Source: Pseudomonadota bacterium (lineage in GTDB: Bacteria > Desulfobacterota > Binatia > Binatales > Binataceae). From it: a DNA stretch of 64,000 bases. Location of the stretch: assembly GCA_021324755.1 (NCBI GenBank), contig JAJPIL010000006.1, forward strand, positions 49,109-113,108, in the 5' to 3' direction. Position numbers and translations under genes: made by a program. The notes beneath the pieces are model-generated. The model did no database searches and was not told the origin of the DNA. It saw only the letters and a program-made list of their open reading frames with translations. This document shows, one piece after another, positions 38,934 to 49,919 of the stretch (positions within the stretch are counted from its first letter, which is position 1; each line of letters begins with the position of its first letter).

Positions 38934-39151
38934 CCTCCAAATTTCTCCCGCTAGCAAAGTTCCGAAAAGCTAACGACCAAGGTCTTTTGGAAATTTTATT
39001 TGTCGCGCTCAAGCTTCGGCAGAATTCAAGCGTCGAAGTGGTAATGGCAAATCTTCGAAACCTGGACCGTAGTTGTTTTTAACACATAAAAGGCTTACAT
39101 CCTTTTTCAGTTCTGCACGACTTTCTGCGAGCCTCCAGCCGAACAATACCG

Positions 39152-39595
39152 TCAAGCGGCGGATTTGCTGGTGATCGTTTCGGGTCGGACTGTGAGGACG
39201 GGACAGGGTGCTTCTCGAATCACGCGCTCCGCCACACTGCCTAAAAAGAAATGAGCGAGACCCGAACGGCCGTGCGTCGACATGACAATTAGATCTGGCA
39301 TCAGGTTCTTTGCGGTATCCAGTATTCCCTGAGCAGGATCTCCCACGCATACGATCAGTTCGCGCTTAAACCCTTGTGCAAGTCGTTGAGCAATGGCCTC
39401 GAGCCGGGTTCTCGCTTCTTGCTCAGCGGCTTTGTATGGTTCGAGCGCCCACTCCATAGGAGCCAGTACTACGGGCACCACGTGAAGCAAAATAAGTGTT
39501 CCGCTCTCTTTTGCAACCAGTTTTTCCGCCAGCTTAAGCGCGGCTACGGAACCTTCCTCAAAGGCTACCGGACAAAGAATTTTGTTCCACTCCAT
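39152..39595 (-). CDS. Universal stress protein (UspA family)
   Basis: About 148 aa from internal ATG; ATP-binding motif region MSTHGRSGLAHFFLGSVAERV. Confidence 0.8.
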   Translation of the reverse strand: MEWNKILCPVAFEEGSVAALKLAEKLVAKESGTLILLHVVPVVLAPMEWALEPYKAAEQEARTRLEAIAQRLAQGFKRELIVCVGDPAQGILDTAKNLMPDLIVMSTHGRSGLAHFFLGSVAERVIREAPCPVLTVRPETITSKSAA

Positions 39596-39939
39596 CGACT
39601 GTTCCCCGTCGGCTCGATGATACTTCCGCGCCGGAAAAGAAAGCGTTGTTTTGGCGCCGCTGAGTAAGTTATTGTCTCTTGCTAGAGGTAGCAGTGGCAA
39701 CATTTTGAGGTTAGATTCGGCATCCAATAAGGTCGTTCAGGACCGCGGCTAGACGTGGCCGACGCGATTGCGCGCCGCTTTTCTCGCGCCCCGAGCAGCG
39801 AAAGCTTTCCAGTTATACGGCGTGGTTTGTCAGAAATCAGGCCAAGCGCGGCTTGCTTTGCCCAAGAATTCGAGTTTCTGACGAGAAACTTTGAATCGCT
39901 CAAGAAAGAGTAGCGACGAATCGCAGGGTCTTTTCGTTG

Positions 39940-39967
39940 GGTGCGTGTGTTTGTGCGTGCGTGCGAG
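39940..39967. repeat. Alternating purine-pyrimidine (GT/GC)n tract GGGTGCGTGTGTTTGTGCGTGCGTGCGAG in usp/glgA divergent intergenic region
   Basis: Read directly from sequence. Confidence 0.5.
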
Positions 39968-40151
39968 TAGCCAGCGCGTTAGGATTCTTAGGGTTGGACT
40001 GATGCGGCGAGAAGTTAGCTAGAGCCGTGCGGGGGTTGCAGCAATAAAACCTGCGACAATCAGACGCTTTATCGATTGGAAAGCCGCGAGCCGGTACATC
40101 TTGTAGACCCCACGTGTTAGTCCGCTTTCTTCAAAGAGGTCAAGGTAGGGC

Positions 40152-41624
40152 ATGTACATTGTGATGGTCGCCACCGAGTGCGCTCCGGTGGCAGCTAACG
40201 GCGGCCTTGCTGACGTAGTTTTTGGCTTAAGCCGCGAGCTTGAAATTCGAGGCAATGCGGTCGAAATCATCCTGCCGAAGTACGATGTCTTGCGGTACGA
40301 CCACATCTGGGGTCTGACGCTTGCATATGGCGATCTGTGGGTGCCATGGTACGGCGGAGCAATAAAGTGCGCGGTGTGGTTTGGATTCGTTCACGGTCGC
40401 AAGTGCTATTTTATCGAGCCCTATTCGCAGGACAACTTCTTTAACCGGGGCACTTTGTACGGATGCCCGGACGATGCTATCCGGTTCGCGTTTTTCAGTA
40501 AGGCAGCCCTCGAGTTTATGCTAAAGGCAAATAAACGTCCCGACGTAATTCATTGCCATGATTGGCATACCGGCTTGGTGCCTGTCTTGCTGTTCGAGAT
40601 GTACAAGTTCTGTGGCATGCCGAATCAGCGGGTCTGCTACACCGTGCACAACTTTCGCCATCAGGGTGTAGCCGGACAGGAGGTTCTTTGGGCGACGGGC
40701 CTTGGTCGGCCCGAGTATTTTATGTCTCCTGATCGTTTGGCCGATCCTGCGAACCCGACTCGCGTCAATTTTCTCAAGGCTGGTATCGTGTACTCTAATT
40801 TTGTCACCACGGTGTCCGACCGCTACGCTTGGGAGGTTCGCCATACGGATCTAGGATGTGGCTTGGGGCATACGCTTTACCTCCACCGCAACAAGTTCGG
40901 TGGAATTCGCAACGGCGTCGACTACGACGTCTGGAACCCTGAGATCGACCGGCTTATTCCCCATCGCTACGGTATCGACACCGTTCAAAACAAGTATCTC
41001 AACAAAGAAGCTCTGCGCGATCGCTTGTGGTTGCGCAAGGATTTCAAGCCGATCGTAGCGTACATAGGGCGACTCGACGCTCAGAAAGGAGCGCACCTGA
41101 TTCGACACGCCCTTTGGTACAGTCTTGCCAACGGCGCGCAATTCATCTGCCTTGGCTTTGCTCCCGATCCGGCTATAGGCGGCGAGTTCTTGCGGCTGAA
41201 ACAGCAGCTGAACGACAATCCCGACTGCCACCTCGAGTTGCGATTCGACGAGGCGCTTGCGCATCTTATTTATGCGGGCGCGGACCTAATCATTGTTCCT
41301 AGCAATTTCGAGCCATGCGGTTTGGTCCAGATGATTGCGCTTAAGTATGGAACCGTGCCCGTGGTACGCGCGGTGGGAGGATTGGCTGATACGGTTTTTG
41401 ATCGCGACTATTCGGACCGTCCAATGGAGGAGCGCAACGGGTACGTTTTTTATCAAGGCGACCCGCCCGCTATCGAGTCTGCGCTAAAACGGGCCTTGGG
41501 CCTGTGGTTTCACTATCCGGAGGAATTTCGAGCGTTGATGCTCAACGGGATGCGGTGTAATTACTCGTGGGAGTTGCCAGCGCAGCATTATTTGAACGTG
41601 TACGAGTACATAAGGCACAAATAG
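40152..41624 (+). CDS. glgA: Glycogen synthase (GT5, ADP-glucose type)
   Basis: N-terminal ECAPVAANGGLADVV (KxGGL-like) motif; 490 aa. Confidence 0.85.
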   Translation: MYIVMVATECAPVAANGGLADVVFGLSRELEIRGNAVEIILPKYDVLRYDHIWGLTLAYGDLWVPWYGGAIKCAVWFGFVHGRKCYFIEPYSQDNFFNRGTLYGCPDDAIRFAFFSKAALEFMLKANKRPDVIHCHDWHTGLVPVLLFEMYKFCGMPNQRVCYTVHNFRHQGVAGQEVLWATGLGRPEYFMSPDRLADPANPTRVNFLKAGIVYSNFVTTVSDRYAWEVRHTDLGCGLGHTLYLHRNKFGGIRNGVDYDVWNPEIDRLIPHRYGIDTVQNKYLNKEALRDRLWLRKDFKPIVAYIGRLDAQKGAHLIRHALWYSLANGAQFICLGFAPDPAIGGEFLRLKQQLNDNPDCHLELRFDEALAHLIYAGADLIIVPSNFEPCGLVQMIALKYGTVPVVRAVGGLADTVFDRDYSDRPMEERNGYVFYQGDPPAIESALKRALGLWFHYPEEFRALMLNGMRCNYSWELPAQHYLNVYEYIRHK

Positions 41625-41710
41625 TCAATCTGAAGGCCGCCGAGTGAAGGTGACTTGCAATCTAGCCAAGTGGATGGTTGTGGGATGGCAAAAGCGAGGG
41701 ATGTAGTGAG

Positions 41711-43174
41711 ATGAGCGAACTGCCAGAATGCATTGACGGGCTGCCAAATATCTGCGGGCAAGAGCAGTTAATCGAGCAGGCGATCGCGGAAAGCCGCGGT
41801 CAACCGGTCTTTCTACCCACCAGCAGAATAGACTTTTCGAGGATCCGCGCGGCGGCGGCTATAGCGCTGCACATGCATCAGCCACTAATCCCGGCTGGAG
41901 GTCCAGATCTTCGTACTGCCGCAGTTATCAGCAATTTGAAGTACATGATGGACAACCAGCACATAGGCGACAATCACAACGCGCCCGTTTTTCACTGGTG
42001 TTACAAGCGGATGGGCGAGTTCATTCCGCAGCTTGTACGCGAGGGGAAGGAGCCGCGCGTGATGCTGGATTACTCGGGCACGCTTTTGTACGGCCTGCGA
42101 GCGATGGGGCTCGACGACGTGTTCGAGAGTTTAAAGACAATCACGCTCAACCCCGAATATCAGCGAACGGTGGAATGGCTGGGATGCGCCTGGGGTCACC
42201 CGGTTGCGCCGTCAACTCCGACGCAGGACTACCGCCTACACGTGAAAGCCTGGCAGCACCATTTTGCGGCGATTTTTGGTCTTGACGCGCTAAAGCGCGT
42301 GCGAGGCTTTTCACCTGCCGAAATGGCTCTGCCGAACCATCCTGACGTAGCCTACGAGTTTGTCAAAACGCTCAAGGACTGCGGCTACCAATGGGTTTTG
42401 GTGCAGGAACACACCGTGGAGAGGCCGGAAACCGGCGGCGGCCCCGAGCGCAAACATATTCCCCATCGTCTGCGCTGTCGCAACTCACAAGGTGAGGAAG
42501 TTACCATCATCGCCATCATCAAGACCCAAGGCAGCGATACCAAGCTTGTTGGTCAAATGCAGCCCTACTACGAGGCCAAGGGATTGTCGCGGTGGGAGCT
42601 GGCGGGCAAGCTGGTGCCTCCGCTTGTGACGCAAATCGCTGACGGGGAAAACGGCGGCGTGATGATGAACGAGTTTCCACCGAAGTATATCGAGGTTGTG
42701 CGGGAATGCTCCCATTCCGATGTCCCCTTGATGAACGTGACCGAGTATCTCGAGCATCTGAAAGCCCTTGGCATCGACGAAAAAGATTTTCCCGAGCTAC
42801 AGCCAGTGTTGCAAAAGCAAATCTGGGAGCGCTTTAAGCCCGGCGACGGGCCACAGCGCCTTGCCGAGGTGATCGAGCAGATCAGGCGCGAGGACTCACG
42901 GTTTACGATGGAGGGAGGGAGCTGGACGAACAATATTTCCTGGGTACGTGGCTATGCTGATGTAATCGGGCCGATGGAGAAGGTGAGCTCGCTTTTTCAC
43001 GAAAAAGTTACAAAAAAAGGCTTCCCAACGAACGAATATCGTTATCGCAACGCGCTATTTCATCTTTTGACCAGCCAGACAAGTTGTTATCGCTACTGGG
43101 GACAGGGAATTTGGACGGAATACGGTCGCGAGATCTGCAGACGCGCCGAGGAAATTATCCTTCACGACTTTTAA
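41711..43174 (+). CDS. Glycoside hydrolase family 57 protein (alpha-glucan-active; branching enzyme/amylase-like)
   Basis: IALHMHQP motif (GH57 conserved region I) near N-terminus; located between glgA and glgB; start at ATG 41711 with GAGGGA RBS (ORF track 41678). Confidence 0.65.
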   Translation: MSELPECIDGLPNICGQEQLIEQAIAESRGQPVFLPTSRIDFSRIRAAAAIALHMHQPLIPAGGPDLRTAAVISNLKYMMDNQHIGDNHNAPVFHWCYKRMGEFIPQLVREGKEPRVMLDYSGTLLYGLRAMGLDDVFESLKTITLNPEYQRTVEWLGCAWGHPVAPSTPTQDYRLHVKAWQHHFAAIFGLDALKRVRGFSPAEMALPNHPDVAYEFVKTLKDCGYQWVLVQEHTVERPETGGGPERKHIPHRLRCRNSQGEEVTIIAIIKTQGSDTKLVGQMQPYYEAKGLSRWELAGKLVPPLVTQIADGENGGVMMNEFPPKYIEVVRECSHSDVPLMNVTEYLEHLKALGIDEKDFPELQPVLQKQIWERFKPGDGPQRLAEVIEQIRREDSRFTMEGGSWTNNISWVRGYADVIGPMEKVSSLFHEKVTKKGFPTNEYRYRNALFHLLTSQTSCYRYWGQGIWTEYGREICRRAEEIILHDF

Positions 43175-43237
43175 GGCTTGAAGACGGTGTACTGGTGCGC
43201 CGGATCATTCAATAGAGCTCACGGCAGATCTGCGAGA

Positions 43238-45502
43238 CTACTTCAATGCGGCAGTGTCCTCTGGGGGAACCGAGAACCACAGTACCGTCAGCGGAGGCAA
43301 AGTAAGCGATACCGAGTAAGGATACCCGTGATGGGAAACTGGCTCTGCCTCGACCGCGCCGGCGTTGCCGTTGTTGCTGCCACCGTAAACCGCGCTGTTA
43401 GTATTGAGCACTTCCCTGTAGGTTCCTAGTTTCGGGACGCCGACTCTATAACCTTCGCGCAGCGCGCCGGAGAAGTTGCAGACGCAAAGCAGGCGTCTGC
43501 CGCTCGAGGGAGCTATTCTCAAAAAGGCGATTACATTTGAGTCCGCGTCGTCAGGTTCAACCCATTTAAAGCCCTCCGGTTCGACGTCAGCTTCCCATAA
43601 CGCAGGTTCTGACTTGTAGATCGCGTTGAGGTCGCGAACCAACGATTGGAGGCCACGGTGATCCGGCTCATCGAGCAAGTGCCAATCCAGACTCTCGTTG
43701 TAATTCCATTCTCGCCATTGGCCGAATTCGCCCCCCATAAAAAGGAGCTTTTTCCCAGGTCGCGCCCACATGTAGCCGTACAACGCGCGCAGGTTTGCGA
43801 ATTGGCGCTCGCGGTCCCCAGGCATTTTGGCCAGCAGAGAGCGCTTGCCGTGCACCACCTCGTCATGCGAGAGCGGGAGGATAAAGTTTTCGCTCCAAGC
43901 GTAGAGAAAGCCAAACGTAAGATTTCGGTGGTGGTAGCGCCGGTAAATCGGATCCTTTGAAAAATATTCCAGCGTATCGTGCATCCAGCCCATGTCCCAC
44001 TTGAAACCAAAACCCAAGCCGCCGAGGTAAGTGGGGCGACTCACTCCGGGCCACGCCGTGGACTCTTCGGCTATCGTCATGATACCGGGGTAGCGAGCGT
44101 ACACCTGCTCGTTGAACCGTTTCAAGAAGGCGATCGCCTCCAAATTTTCGCGGCCCCCATACTCGTTCGGTATCCATTCGCCTTCGCGCCGAGCGTAATC
44201 GAGGTAAAGCATCGAGGCGACCGCATCGACCCGAAGGCCGTCGGCGTGATACTCCGAGAACCATTTGTGAGCGCTCGAGGTAAGAAAAGTGACTACTTCG
44301 TGGCGACCGTAGTTGAAAATGTACGTTCCCCATTGGGGATGCTGTCCTTTGCGAGGGTCGAGATGCTCGTAAAGAGCAGTCCCGTCGAACCAACCGAGGC
44401 AGAATGAGTCTTTAGGAAAATGGCCGGGAACCCAGTCGAGAATTACTCCGATACCGCGGCGATGCAGGTAATCGACAAAATAACGAAAGTCGTCTGGCGC
44501 TCCGTATCGAGCAGTGGGGGCGAAGTAACCGCTAACCTGATATCCCCAGGAGCCGTCAAATGGATGTTCCATAATGGGCATGAGCTCGACGTGGGTAAAG
44601 CCCATGTAGGTGAGATAATCGGCAAGCTCGTGCGCCATTTCGCGGTAGGTTAGAGGACGCTCGCCTTTTTCGCCTGCCCGGCGCCAAGAGCCGAAGTGTA
44701 TCTCGTATATGGAGATCGGGCTGCGTAAAGGGTCGCTCTTGGCTCGCTTTGCCATCCAGTCCTGGTCCGAGAAGGTGTATTTGGAGCGGTAGACGATCGA
44801 AGCGGTCGCTGGCGGTTTTTCCATGGCGCAGGCGTAGGGGTCGGTTTTGAGCGCGACCGTATTGTCCGCGGTCTGAATTTCGTATTTATATAGGGCGCCT
44901 TCACCCACGCCGGGAATGAACAATTCCCACACGCCTGAGCTTCCTAGCACGCGCATCGGATAAACCCTTCCGTCCCATCGGTTGAAGTCGCCGACGACGC
45001 TTACTCCCTTGGCATTTGGCGCCCATACCGCAAAACTAGTTCCTTCCACACCGTCAAGCACTCGGACATGGGCTCCGAACTTTCTGAAGGCTTCTTGATG
45101 TTTGCCTTCATTGAACAGATAAAGGTCCATTTCGCCCAACGTGGGAGGAAAGCTATAGGGGTCGCGCGGGACGATCACTTTGCCATCGGGGTATTCGATC
45201 TCGAACCGGTAGGGCAGAACGTCGCGCCAATCGGGCAACGCGATCTCGAAAAGGCCTTGGGGATTCAATAACTTCATCTCGCGCGGTGCCATGCCCGGGG
45301 CACTGATAAAAACGCGGACCGCACCCGGACGCATCGTGCGCACTACGATTCCGTTCTCTGTGCGGTGTGGTCCCAAAATCGCGTGGGGGTTGGTGTGTCT
45401 CAAGGCTAGCAACAATTTTATCTGATTCTCGAGGTCAGACGACTTCGTGACTTGGACGGCGGACGCTGACTTTGTGCAGTGATTCCTATTTGTGTCCGGC
45501 AT
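43238..45502 (-). CDS. glgB: 1,4-alpha-glucan branching enzyme (GH13)
   Basis: 754 aa; CBM48 and GH13_9 catalytic motifs ([24 protein letters not shown]...). Confidence 0.9.
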   Translation of the reverse strand: MPDTNRNHCTKSASAVQVTKSSDLENQIKLLLALRHTNPHAILGPHRTENGIVVRTMRPGAVRVFISAPGMAPREMKLLNPQGLFEIALPDWRDVLPYRFEIEYPDGKVIVPRDPYSFPPTLGEMDLYLFNEGKHQEAFRKFGAHVRVLDGVEGTSFAVWAPNAKGVSVVGDFNRWDGRVYPMRVLGSSGVWELFIPGVGEGALYKYEIQTADNTVALKTDPYACAMEKPPATASIVYRSKYTFSDQDWMAKRAKSDPLRSPISIYEIHFGSWRRAGEKGERPLTYREMAHELADYLTYMGFTHVELMPIMEHPFDGSWGYQVSGYFAPTARYGAPDDFRYFVDYLHRRGIGVILDWVPGHFPKDSFCLGWFDGTALYEHLDPRKGQHPQWGTYIFNYGRHEVVTFLTSSAHKWFSEYHADGLRVDAVASMLYLDYARREGEWIPNEYGGRENLEAIAFLKRFNEQVYARYPGIMTIAEESTAWPGVSRPTYLGGLGFGFKWDMGWMHDTLEYFSKDPIYRRYHHRNLTFGFLYAWSENFILPLSHDEVVHGKRSLLAKMPGDRERQFANLRALYGYMWARPGKKLLFMGGEFGQWREWNYNESLDWHLLDEPDHRGLQSLVRDLNAIYKSEPALWEADVEPEGFKWVEPDDADSNVIAFLRIAPSSGRRLLCVCNFSGALREGYRVGVPKLGTYREVLNTNSAVYGGSNNGNAGAVEAEPVSHHGYPYSVSLTLPPLTVLWFSVPPEDTAALK

Positions 45503-45651
45503 ATTGCGCTTTCACTGTCGTGTTCGGGTTTTTGCTGAAAGGGAGAGAGCGCGCGCGCATGGCAGCCTGCCATTAAGTCGCTCGCACGCTCCGTAAGATT
45601 AGGCTAATCTTCGAATGGTGCTCTAACTGCTCGGGATTTAGGAACAAGCCC

Positions 45652-47238
45652 ATGACGTGTCAATGGTGGAAGACTTCCGTCTTTTATCAAATATATCCCC
45701 GCAGTTTTTTGGATTCAAACGGTGACGGAGTCGGTGACCTTGACGGCATCGCCGCGACCTTGGACTACCTTAACGACGGTACGCCAGACTCCCTGGGGAT
45801 AGATGCGATTTGGCTCAATCCGATTCATCCCTCGCCAAATTATGATTGGGGTTATGACGTAAGCGATTATTTTGCCGTCCATCCTGAGCTTGGCGATCTA
45901 GACAGTTTCGACCGGTTGCTCTCAGAAGCTCATCGCCGCAATATCCGCGTCATTCTGGACCTCGTGCCTAATCACACGTCCCATCAGCATCCTTGGTTCG
46001 GCGAGTCTCGCAGTTCCCGAACAGCTTTGCGCCGTAACTGGTACATCTGGGCCAAGGGCAAGGACCATCGCCCCCCGAACAACTGGGAAAGCGCCTTTAA
46101 CGGCTCGGCATGGACCTACGATTCAGTGACCGCCGAATGGTACATGCATTCGTTTCTGCCCGAGCAGCCTGACCTTAACTACCGAACCCCAGAGGTAACG
46201 GCCGCAATGCAACAGGTGATGCGCTTTTGGCTCGACCGAGGGGTCGACGGTTTTCGGCTCGACGCGGTGGCTCGTCTAAGCAAGGACCCGGACCTTAAGG
46301 ACAACCCTGAACACGATGGACAAGGCGAGACTACCTATCGCAGCCAACTGGGCATCAGGGTAAACCTTTACTGCCATGACCGTCCCGAAGTTCACGATAT
46401 ATTGCGAGCTTTCAGAAAAGTCAGTGACGATTATCCGGAGCGTGTGTTGGTCGGCGAGGTGTGGCCGCGGGAATTTAGCTCTTTAGCGGACTATTTGCGA
46501 CCCGACGAGCTCCATCTGGCCTTTGACTTTCGGCTTTTGAAGTGTCCATTCTCGGCTCGAGCGTTTGCCGATGTCGTCAATGACAGTGAACGGTTGCTTG
46601 GCCAGATGGGATGGCCTACCTGGACGCTTTCGAATCACGATTTTCCGCGCCATATAAGCCGGTACGAGGCCGGACCGGCGACCGAGGCTAGGGCTAGACT
46701 GGCTGCGATGATGCTGTTGACGCTCAGGGGCACTCCGTTTCTCTACTACGGCGAGGAGATAGGTATGCGCCAGCTGGAGGTACCGGCGGCACTGCGCCGT
46801 GATAGGATGGGGCGCGACGGGTGCCGCACGCCGATGCAGTGGTCTTCTGCTGCTAACGGAGGATTTACCCGGCCCGGCGTTACGCCGTGGCTACCATGTG
46901 GGGACTATCGTACAACGAATGTCGCTGACCAGCTGCGAGACCCGCGTTCGATGCTCTCTTTCTACAGACGCATGATATGGTTCAGGAAAAAGAGCAAGGC
47001 GCTGACCACAGGCGCCTACCGGCATTTTGACGCTCGCGCTGATGATTTGTTCGCTTATTATCGCGTCTGCGGTAATGAGAGTCTGCTCATCGTGCTCAAC
47101 TTTGCCGACGTACCGCGTGCGATAGACTTGCCGCAGGGGCGGATTCTGCTTAGCACAGACTCCGATAGAGCTGTCGAGTCCTCGAAGCGCGGGTTTCGCC
47201 TGAACGCGAACGAAGGTGTGATCATCGCCGTCGAGTGA
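45652..47238 (+). CDS. GH13 alpha-glucosidase (oligo-1,6-glucosidase/alpha-glucosidase subfamily)
   Basis: WWKTSVFYQIYPRSFLDSNGDGVGDLDGI N-terminus, DLVPNHTSHQH, GFRLDAV, GEVW motifs. Confidence 0.8.
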   Translation: MTCQWWKTSVFYQIYPRSFLDSNGDGVGDLDGIAATLDYLNDGTPDSLGIDAIWLNPIHPSPNYDWGYDVSDYFAVHPELGDLDSFDRLLSEAHRRNIRVILDLVPNHTSHQHPWFGESRSSRTALRRNWYIWAKGKDHRPPNNWESAFNGSAWTYDSVTAEWYMHSFLPEQPDLNYRTPEVTAAMQQVMRFWLDRGVDGFRLDAVARLSKDPDLKDNPEHDGQGETTYRSQLGIRVNLYCHDRPEVHDILRAFRKVSDDYPERVLVGEVWPREFSSLADYLRPDELHLAFDFRLLKCPFSARAFADVVNDSERLLGQMGWPTWTLSNHDFPRHISRYEAGPATEARARLAAMMLLTLRGTPFLYYGEEIGMRQLEVPAALRRDRMGRDGCRTPMQWSSAANGGFTRPGVTPWLPCGDYRTTNVADQLRDPRSMLSFYRRMIWFRKKSKALTTGAYRHFDARADDLFAYYRVCGNESLLIVLNFADVPRAIDLPQGRILLSTDSDRAVESSKRGFRLNANEGVIIAVE

Positions 47239-47458
47239 TGCGGTCTAACGGAGAAGCTTTTCAGGACAGTTGGGCTTGAGTCCACGATAAAAAGGGTAAG
47301 TAGAGAGCGATTAGCGGAGGTAAGTTTTGGTTGACGCATCTAGGCTCAAATGGCGAAATATGCTCGGTGAGCCTCTTGATGCTCGATGTTGTTGAATAGC
47401 TTCCCGTTCTTTAGCGTCAACTGGATGAACCTAGTCGTCCGAGTTCGTTGGTGACGCA

Positions 47459-48685
47459 ATGGAGACCAAGAAAGCGATGGTTCGCGGGCTTTGCAATTGG
47501 CTTGTTTTGATCGCGAACGCATTGGTGGCGATACTATTGGCCTCTTGTGACCGGTCTGCTGAAACAGCCCTGCCGCCCAAGACGATACCGAAGATTTATG
47601 TCGTTCGCCCCGAGCGCGGGGTAATCGAGCGAACGGTGACCTTACCGGGCGATGCCGTCGGATTTTACGAAACTGCCATTCATGCGAAGGTCACCGGCTA
47701 CGTGAAAAGGATACTGGTCGACAAGGGTGACGTAGTCAAACAGGGCGACCTTCTGTGCGAGCTCGAAGTTCCTGAGCTACACAGCAACCTTGCTCGAGCC
47801 AAAGCCCGCATGGATATAGCGAAGCTTACCTATGACAGGTTCTTACAGGTTTGGCGTCGCGACCCTCGTCTCGTGTCTCAAGAGCGTATTGACGTTCTGT
47901 ATGCCCAATGGAAAGAGGCGGAGGCTGAATACAACACGCTCAATACCATGGTTGGTTATACGATGATTACGGCTCCGTTCGACGGCGTCGTTACTGGAAG
48001 GTTCGCCGACCCGGGCGCGCTTATTCGGGCCGGTGCTAGTGATATCGGTGTTGGCGAGACCTCCGGCATAATTTCGAGCGGAGCAACCGAGGGCTCGGGC
48101 GGTCACCGGACTGGGGGCGGACCGATAGTCACGATGGCTCAGATAGACAAAGTTAGAATCTATTCGTACATTCCCAACGACGTCGTTTCATACGTCAAGA
48201 CGGGTACTGACGTTTTTCTTCAATTCGACGAGCTCCCGGGCAAAGTGTTCAAGGGTAAGGTGTCGCGATACGCCAAGGCACTTGACTTAGCGACCAGGAC
48301 CATGATGGCCGAGGTAGACATCGATAACCGGGATCATCAGATCTATCCACGGATGTACGCTCACGCGACATATATCCTAGAGCGTCACGCGAACGCTTTG
48401 CTCGTGCCAATGTCTTCAACTACTGTTCTTCACAATAAGACCTTCGTTTTCGTTGTAGAGAACGGAAAGCTTAAACGAGTGGTTATCAAGCCAGGAATTA
48501 CCAATCACCGCGTGGTCGAAGTTCTTTCCGGGCTTACTGGTAACGAACTCGTGGTGAAAAATTACAGCGGCGACCTCATCAGCGGTCAGCAAGTGCGTCC
48601 CGTGCTCGTAGGGTTCGACCGGGGTTGGCGCTCCGTTGTCGAAAGCTACGCCGGTCCTTCCACCGAGTCCGACTCGACGGATTAA
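47459..48685 (+). CDS. Efflux transporter periplasmic adaptor subunit (membrane fusion protein, HlyD/RND-MFP family), lipoprotein
   Basis: Lipobox LLASC near N-terminus; biotinyl/lipoyl-like and beta-barrel MFP domains; no cognate RND/ABC pump gene adjacent. Confidence 0.7.
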   Translation: METKKAMVRGLCNWLVLIANALVAILLASCDRSAETALPPKTIPKIYVVRPERGVIERTVTLPGDAVGFYETAIHAKVTGYVKRILVDKGDVVKQGDLLCELEVPELHSNLARAKARMDIAKLTYDRFLQVWRRDPRLVSQERIDVLYAQWKEAEAEYNTLNTMVGYTMITAPFDGVVTGRFADPGALIRAGASDIGVGETSGIISSGATEGSGGHRTGGGPIVTMAQIDKVRIYSYIPNDVVSYVKTGTDVFLQFDELPGKVFKGKVSRYAKALDLATRTMMAEVDIDNRDHQIYPRMYAHATYILERHANALLVPMSSTTVLHNKTFVFVVENGKLKRVVIKPGITNHRVVEVLSGLTGNELVVKNYSGDLISGQQVRPVLVGFDRGWRSVVESYAGPSTESDSTD

Positions 48686-48950
48686 GGTAGTTTCGACTGC
48701 GGCTCAACAGCCACTGATGGCGCTCTTCTAAGCATAGGCGGGAACTCTCGCTAAATGAGCTTTTTGGGGCTTTACCACGAGAAAAAGGGTATCGTTGAAA
48801 GTAAGTCGCGCATAAGGCAGACTTGAATCAACGGCGGTGGAGTCCGCCTAATCCGTCGCCCAATACTGGGGCGGCCAATGACTCCTGTGGCATAACATGC
48901 TGCAGGAGTTTTTGTTTTAATGGGCGCTCGTTTATCCGGACCAGCGACTA

Positions 48951-49712
48951 GTGGTCGGCTTTGGCAAGGCGATCGCTTTGGCGTTTATGAAGGCTTCCAA
49001 GCGTGACGATCTTAGCGGTTCGAAGCACATTATCGTCGTGAGTTCGATATCGGACTTTGACGCAACCGTTGCCGAGACGAGATATTTCTGGTCCTGGTTT
49101 ATCTTTGGCTCGATAATGGCCATCGAGACTCGCCGGCATTTGTGGCAGAGTTGGGGCTTTTGTCCACGCCATGCGTGGCTCCATGCTGTGGTCGAATGCG
49201 AAATCTGGGGTGGGAGACCGTTTGCAACCTCGATTCTTTACCAGGATTTAATCGAGCGTGCTGCAAGGGTAGTAGATACGGGCCGTGTTTGTGGCATCCT
49301 GGCTGCGCGACGTTTGCGCCCTCAGGCGACCTGTTTGGTCTGCGACTACTTGGCGATTGCTAAAGACGTTTCAGCGGACGAATCGAATACCCGGCGTTGC
49401 GCACGGGTGAATCTTCGGTCACGGGTAATGGTTCTCATTGCACAGTCGGAACCGAGTTGGCGTCTAAATTCCTGCGATTTGTGTGGCGGAGCCGGCAAAG
49501 TCGTTTGCCGTTTGCATCTTTTGGCCGGCGATGGCAGGCTCGACCGAGCGCTAGCGGCCTATCTTTGCGATCTTGAGAGGCGTTTGGGTCTTCTTATTCG
49601 CAGCATGACTTGGAGAGGGCCTCAGGCAACGCCTGAGATTCAAGCCTCGTGGGTGGAAGCATTAGGATGGTTCGCCGGATGGAGTTTTCCTCTCGCAGTG
49701 GTTAGTGCCTAA
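48951..49712 (+). CDS. Hypothetical Cys-rich protein (FCPRH, CLVCDY, CDLCGG...C motifs); coding status uncertain
   Basis: 253 aa ORF from the six-frame track; two CxxC pairs suggest Zn binding; atypical codon usage with rare codons (ATA, AGA, AGG, CTA, TTA); an overlapping 28-codon ATG ORF at about 48920-49006 in another frame makes the true start unclear. Confidence 0.35.
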   Translation: MVGFGKAIALAFMKASKRDDLSGSKHIIVVSSISDFDATVAETRYFWSWFIFGSIMAIETRRHLWQSWGFCPRHAWLHAVVECEIWGGRPFATSILYQDLIERAARVVDTGRVCGILAARRLRPQATCLVCDYLAIAKDVSADESNTRRCARVNLRSRVMVLIAQSEPSWRLNSCDLCGGAGKVVCRLHLLAGDGRLDRALAAYLCDLERRLGLLIRSMTWRGPQATPEIQASWVEALGWFAGWSFPLAVVSA

Positions 49713-49919
49713 CTAAGACGCATGGGGTAATTCCATGACAGGCTCAAGACAGGCGCACTTCTCAGGGATGACGAAGCGCGGAAAAATGCTCGCCAAAGGT
49801 GAGGAGATCCTGGAAAGCTCGTAAGTCGCTGGCGGGGTCCTGTTCGTGATTCGTCTCGCTGCTGGACTATCCTTTTATCGGGCGTTGTTGGTACGAAGGG
49901 TTTCCCAGCTCGCTTCATG

